In this document: one piece after another, positions 60,221 to 64,000 of the stretch
Position numbering within the stretch: the first letter of the stretch is position 1
Layout: each line of letters starts with the position of its first letter
Source: a bacterium
GTDB taxonomy: Bacteria; Electryoneota; RPQS01
Length of the DNA: 64,000 bases
Assembly (NCBI GenBank): GCA_013360195.1
Contig: JABWCQ010000001.1
Location: 84,168-148,167, forward strand
Direction: 5' to 3'
Notes under the pieces: model-generated
What the model was told of the DNA's origin: nothing
The model's input: the letters and a program-made list of their open reading frames with translations, nothing else
Databases searched by the model: none
Position numbers and translations under genes: made by a program

Positions 60221-61709
60221 TGTGATCGATCCGCACGTTCCAGATCACCATTTGCCCGGCAGAGTTGACGCGGGGCTCGACGCGACGCGTTCACTTGCCG
60301 CACTGGAGGAGCTGGAACGGCGGGTGTACGAATTTCTGCGCGTTGACGATCCGGCGAAGCTTGGTACGCTGCAAATTGAACAGCTGCAATCACTGCTGGA
60401 AGAGATCGGTTCCGCGCGGCAGAATCTTCGGCTGCAGGCTGAGTTTGAGCGGGAACGTCAGGAAAACGCCATTCTGCAAGAAGTCAGTTTACGGCTCTCC
60501 AGCGCGGCGGATATCCGAGATGTATTGCGGGCGATTCTTGAGTCACTCCGGCAGGTTGTCGAATTCGACGCCGCCGGAATTTTCGTCTTTAACAAGGTGA
60601 TGCAGCAGATTGAGGTGGACATGCTGGCGGGCTACGGCGGAGCGCAGCGGCGCCGCGTGTACACGAAGTTTCAGGAAGGCGTCAAGCACGGCGAAGGTAT
60701 CGTTGCCACCGTGGTGTTTTCAGGCAAACCGCTCTACGTGCCCGATGTCCACAAGGATTCGCGGTATGTCGAAGTCAGGCCGACGACGCAGTCAGAGCTC
60801 GCCGTTCCGATATTTGTGCGTGACGAGCTAATCGGCGCATTCAACCTCGAATCTGACAAACTGGACGCCTTCAGTGAACGGGATTTGCGCACCTTGCTTA
60901 CGTTTGCCAGCCACGCCGGAGTTGCGTTGGAACGTGCCCGCGCGGACCGTGAACGGCAGCATACTCAGAGAATCGCCGAGGAGCTTGCACTCGCAAGGCG
61001 GATTCACACAAGTTTTCAGCCCAAAGTATTTCCGGCATTTGCGCCTTATGATTTGGGCGGAATGAACTTCCCGTCCAGCGAAGTCGGCGGTGATTACTAC
61101 GACTTTGTGAACATCACGGAAGATGATCTGGGTATTATCATGAGTGACGTGGCCGGACACGGAGTGGCCGCGGCGCTTCTGATGGCGAATTTCCGCGCGT
61201 GTATCCGAATCGAGTCTCGCGCTCACTATGCCATTCGGACTATTCTCGAACGGGTAAACGAGTTTCTTGTTGAAACGAATCCACCGGACAGTTTTGTGAC
61301 GGCGGTTTATGGCGTGCTCAACCGGAAATACAATGTGTTAACTTATTCGAACGCGGGGCACAATCCGCCGCTGCTGCTGCGGGTCGGTGAAGAGCCGCGG
61401 CTGCTGGATACGGGCGGCCCGATTCTGGGTGTGCTGCCTGAGGCAAAGTATGTCGAAGCTCAAGTGGAGCTGGTGCCCGGTGACGTCCTGATATTTTACA
61501 CTGACGGTGTGACGGAGGCGCGTAATGAGGCCGACGAGGAATTCGGCTTGTCAAGATTGATTGATGTTACATTGAAGCACCGCTCTCTTTCCGCGTATGA
61601 ATTGGCCCGGCGCATCAGTCACGAGGTGCATTCCTTCAATGTGCCGGATTTGACAATGGATGATTTGACCTTATCTGTGGTGAAGTATGACGCGACCGAA
61701 ACGCATTGA
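60192..61709 (+). CDS. GAF-domain PP2C-family serine phosphatase (RsbU/SpoIIE-like)
   Basis: N-terminal coiled coil plus GAF (..FDAAGIFVF..ELAVPIFVRDELIGAFNLES..). C-terminal PPM/SpoIIE motifs (GGDYYDF, DVAGHGVAAAL, YTDGVTEA). Start is TTG at 60192 or GTG at 60222. Confidence 0.8.
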   Translation: MKAQLRASTDVIDPHVPDHHLPGRVDAGLDATRSLAALEELERRVYEFLRVDDPAKLGTLQIEQLQSLLEEIGSARQNLRLQAEFERERQENAILQEVSLRLSSAADIRDVLRAILESLRQVVEFDAAGIFVFNKVMQQIEVDMLAGYGGAQRRRVYTKFQEGVKHGEGIVATVVFSGKPLYVPDVHKDSRYVEVRPTTQSELAVPIFVRDELIGAFNLESDKLDAFSERDLRTLLTFASHAGVALERARADRERQHTQRIAEELALARRIHTSFQPKVFPAFAPYDLGGMNFPSSEVGGDYYDFVNITEDDLGIIMSDVAGHGVAAALLMANFRACIRIESRAHYAIRTILERVNEFLVETNPPDSFVTAVYGVLNRKYNVLTYSNAGHNPPLLLRVGEEPRLLDTGGPILGVLPEAKYVEAQVELVPGDVLIFYTDGVTEARNEADEEFGLSRLIDVTLKHRSLSAYELARRISHEVHSFNVPDLTMDDLTLSVVKYDATETH

Positions 61710-62115
61710 AGTATTGACGATTCCCTCTTCGGTCGACCAGATTGAGAAGGTCGATGAGTTTGTTGAGGCATTTGCCACAGGACTGGGGTTTGAAGCGGAT
61801 GCCTTGGCCGATATCGGTATTTGTGTGACAGAGCTTGTCATGAATGCCATCGTGCACGCGCACAAGGAGCAGGCGGACATTCCTGTTACAATTGAGATTG
61901 AAGGCAAGGCAGACGGCCTGCGAGTTTCCGTCCGAGATTTCGGACCGGGTTTCGAGACGACTTCACTTCCGGATCCGACGTCGCCTGAGCATATATTCGA
62001 AGATCATGGCCGCGGAATTCTAATTGTCAAAGCAATGATGGACGAATGCAAGTGCATCCGGCTTGAAGACGGTATGAAGATCGAGATATTCAAGAGATTA
62101 TCGAACAGCACATGA
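61687..62115 (+). CDS. RsbW/SpoIIAB-like anti-sigma regulatory factor (HATPase_c_2 serine kinase)
   Basis: TELVMNAIVHAH...LRVSVRDFGPGF..GRGILIV. Confidence 0.75.
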   Translation: MTRPKRIEVLTIPSSVDQIEKVDEFVEAFATGLGFEADALADIGICVTELVMNAIVHAHKEQADIPVTIEIEGKADGLRVSVRDFGPGFETTSLPDPTSPEHIFEDHGRGILIVKAMMDECKCIRLEDGMKIEIFKRLSNST

Positions 62116-62600
62116 AAACTGCTATTTATCCGGGCACGTTCGATCCGATAACCTATGGTCATCTTGATGTTATCGAGAGAGCGGCCGGGCTATTCGACAA
62201 AGTAATCGTTACGCTTGCTGTTCACTCTCAGAAATCGCCGCTGTTTTCGACCGACGAGCGGAAGGAACTCATTCAGAAGTCTATCGAACACCTGCCCAAT
62301 GTGGCGGTGGACGCGTGCCACGGGCTTCTTGTGGAGTTTGCGGAGAGCAAAAATGCGTGTGCCATCATCCGGGGTTTGAGAGCGGTATCGGACTTTGATT
62401 ATGAGTTTCAGATCGCGCTGGCGAATCGTGTGCTTTCTCCGAAGATTTCCACCGTGTTCCTGATGCCGGGCGAGCACTACACATATCTGAACAGCTCCAT
62501 TGTGCGCGAAGTTGCCCGATTGGGAGGGTCGGTCGACAGTTTCGTGCCGCCGCATGTTGTGGAAGCACTGCGACGAAGGTACGGGAAAACCCGCGCGTGA
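62112..62600 (+). CDS. coaD: Phosphopantetheine adenylyltransferase
   Basis: MKTAIYPGTFDPITYGHLDVIERA. ATGA overlap with the upstream stop. Confidence 0.9.
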   Translation: MKTAIYPGTFDPITYGHLDVIERAAGLFDKVIVTLAVHSQKSPLFSTDERKELIQKSIEHLPNVAVDACHGLLVEFAESKNACAIIRGLRAVSDFDYEFQIALANRVLSPKISTVFLMPGEHYTYLNSSIVREVARLGGSVDSFVPPHVVEALRRRYGKTRA

Positions 62601-63271
62601 AGCCACGCATATTTGTGTCTCTCGAGTTGTATCCTCGAGTTGCCTCTGTCATTCCCGGAATGGATGAACTCGATATTGCCTATGCCGCTGCACGTGCGGG
62701 TGCGGCGGGCATTGTCGTGAGTGCAGGGACAGAGGCCTTCCACAAGAGCGGAATGAGTCTGTTCGACCGTCCGGGACTTCCGCTGTTGTGCGTACACGCA
62801 AGTTTGCAGCAGATAGACTCGGTGAATAGTCTGGGTAACGCGCCGGACAGAGTCTTGATTTCCGATGAAGGCCGTCCTGTTACTCATTTTGATCCTGTCG
62901 TGGAGTTCCGAGCGAGAATTGAAGGAGCCCGGCAGGAAGTGGGGGTGCTTGTTGAACCGGAACCGCAAGCCCTTAAGCAGGCGGCAAAGGCGGGAGTTCA
63001 GTGGGTTGCATTTCCGACGGCAACGTTGAATGAGTCTGTGGATGCAAATGCGGCGCAACAGGAATTGCTCAGGTTGAGAACGGCGACAATGCTCTCGGCG
63101 AGAAACTCGCTTCGTGTGATGCTTTACGGTGATTTGGAACAGCATCTGGCATCTGCGGCGGCAAATCTTGAAGGTGTTGAGGAGATAGTGCCAATCCATA
63201 CGCTGTGGACGCTGGCAACGCGCCATGGATGGGAACAGGCACTGAGTATTTTCACCCGTTGGATAGAGTAA
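62597..63271 (+). CDS. Pyridoxine 5'-phosphate synthase (PdxJ)-like TIM-barrel protein, shorter than usual
   Basis: Weak but consistent PdxJ-like segments (..IFVSLE.., ..VEPEP.., ..EIVPIHTLW.. compared with EMHELNIGHAIIG). ATGA overlap. Confidence 0.45.
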   Translation: MKPRIFVSLELYPRVASVIPGMDELDIAYAAARAGAAGIVVSAGTEAFHKSGMSLFDRPGLPLLCVHASLQQIDSVNSLGNAPDRVLISDEGRPVTHFDPVVEFRARIEGARQEVGVLVEPEPQALKQAAKAGVQWVAFPTATLNESVDANAAQQELLRLRTATMLSARNSLRVMLYGDLEQHLASAAANLEGVEEIVPIHTLWTLATRHGWEQALSIFTRWIE

Positions 63272-64000
63272 TGCGCCCACGCGGGCGCTTTGCATTTTGG
63301 GCCGTATGGGCCGTATTTTCGACAGGTTTTCTGGTTTGCCGCTGGGGATTGTTTGATCCGGTCTTTTACAACGTTGACGAAGCTGAATATGCGGTCGGTG
63401 CGCAAGCGCTGTCACAAGGACTGCTGCCCGGGCTTGACTTGATTGGTTCGACCAAACCGCCGGCAATTGTATTCCTCTATTGGTGCGTGTTTGCCGTGTT
63501 GGGCGAGTCGCTGCTGGTCATTCAGGTGACCGGGATTGTGCTGTGGTTTATCGCGCTGGCACTGACGATGCGGCTTGGTCAGCGATTGTTACCGGATGTT
63601 CCGGTATGGGCCTCAGCGCTGAGTTTTTTCCTGCTTGCCAACAGTTTTGGTCCGCCGCGGGACTTGCATGCGCTGAACGTCGAGCTGCCGGGAGTTGTGT
63701 TTACACTTGCATCCTTGCTCCTCTTGACCCGTGTCAGGCTGAACCGAACATTGATGGTTGCCGGGACTTTGCTTGGGATTGCGGTAATGTTCCGGCAGAG
63801 CCTCGTGTTTTTCGCAATTCCGGCAATGATATTGTTACTTCCTCTGCGCACAAGGGAGGTTGTGCCGTTTGCAGCAGGTGTGGTCCTGCCGTGGCTTGTG
63901 CTGCTCATTCCATACATGCAGCGAGACGGATTGGGCTGGGCCTATGAGTCGTGGGTACGATTTCCCATGATGTATGCAGGAGACACGGGAATTGCAGGAT
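63271..64000 (+). CDS. GT39/ArnT-PMT-like membrane glycosyltransferase (N-terminal part; continues beyond window)
   Basis: My own translation from ATG 63271 (TAATG overlap), not in the ORF track because there is no stop in the window. Polytopic hydrophobic protein with FYNVDEAEYAVGAQALSQG, a DE..Y..A-type loop 1. Confidence 0.55.
   Translation, partial: MRPRGRFAFWAVWAVFSTGFLVCRWGLFDPVFYNVDEAEYAVGAQALSQGLLPGLDLIGSTKPPAIVFLYWCVFAVLGESLLVIQVTGIVLWFIALALTMRLGQRLLPDVPVWASALSFFLLANSFGPPRDLHALNVELPGVVFTLASLLLLTRVRLNRTLMVAGTLLGIAVMFRQSLVFFAIPAMILLLPLRTREVVPFAAGVVLPWLVLLIPYMQRDGLGWAYESWVRFPMMYAGDTGIAG

Noticed and set aside
62477-63466. 329-aa minus-strand ORF overlapping coaD and the pdxJ-like gene
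   Set aside because: Antisense to two well-supported plus-strand genes (coaD with MKTAIYPGTFDPITYGHLD). Its Arg-rich low-complexity product is typical of a high-GC shadow ORF.

Overview
This 64-kb window reads as chromosomal DNA from a Gram-negative (diderm) bacterium with E. coli-like sigma70, sigma28 and sigma54 promoter motifs. Two secreted proteins carry Por/T9SS-type C-terminal sorting-like domains, so I infer an uncultured FCB-superphylum-like lineage. GC content is moderately high.

Left third (1-17.7 kb): a flagellar filament locus. It contains a putative flagellin-glycosylation island: a glycosyltransferase fragment, a Maf/DUF115-like gene, a CgeB-like GT, an enlarged GT9, and an AsnB/PseA-like amidotransferase. 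There are two tandem, divergent 299-aa flagellin genes, each with a strong sigma28 promoter match, and a MerR-type regulator sits 30 bp upstream of flagellin 1. fliD and fliS follow, then flgM behind a textbook sigma54 -24/-12 element. Next comes a four-gene signalling operon: a REC::RsbW-like kinase fusion, an ATPase-less REC-REC-PAS-HisKA protein, a CheY-like receiver and a hybrid histidine kinase.

Middle (17.7-50 kb): envelope and housekeeping genes. These are PAP2, LpxH, PBP1A, two LptF/G-family permeases, two tRNA-Ser genes flanking a DHFR-family gene, several small DUF genes and gltX. One long minus-strand array then runs: OM beta-barrel, lipoprotein, ahcY, metK, sugar nucleotidyltransferase, PGI/PMI, ptsI, ptsH, orphan mannose-family PTS IID and IIC, a polyprenyl synthetase, a T9SS-CTD beta-helix protein, and a Cys-rich secretory mini-protein. 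A tolC-like gene, a CCA-adding enzyme and a TPR gene follow.

Right part (50-64 kb): giant secreted S8 and M14 peptidases sharing a repeated uncharacterised domain, then gamma-glutamyltransferase. After that comes an XRE regulator and a partner-switching module (two STAS antagonists, a GAF-PP2C phosphatase and an RsbW-like kinase), followed by coaD, a pdxJ-like gene and a partial GT39-like membrane glycosyltransferase.

No CRISPR, integrase or transposase was seen. The most notable candidates are the flagellin-modification island with its regulator arrangement, the REC::RsbW fusion and the two partner-switching sets, the shared peptidase repeat domain, and the Cys-rich protein coupled to the beta-helix protein.
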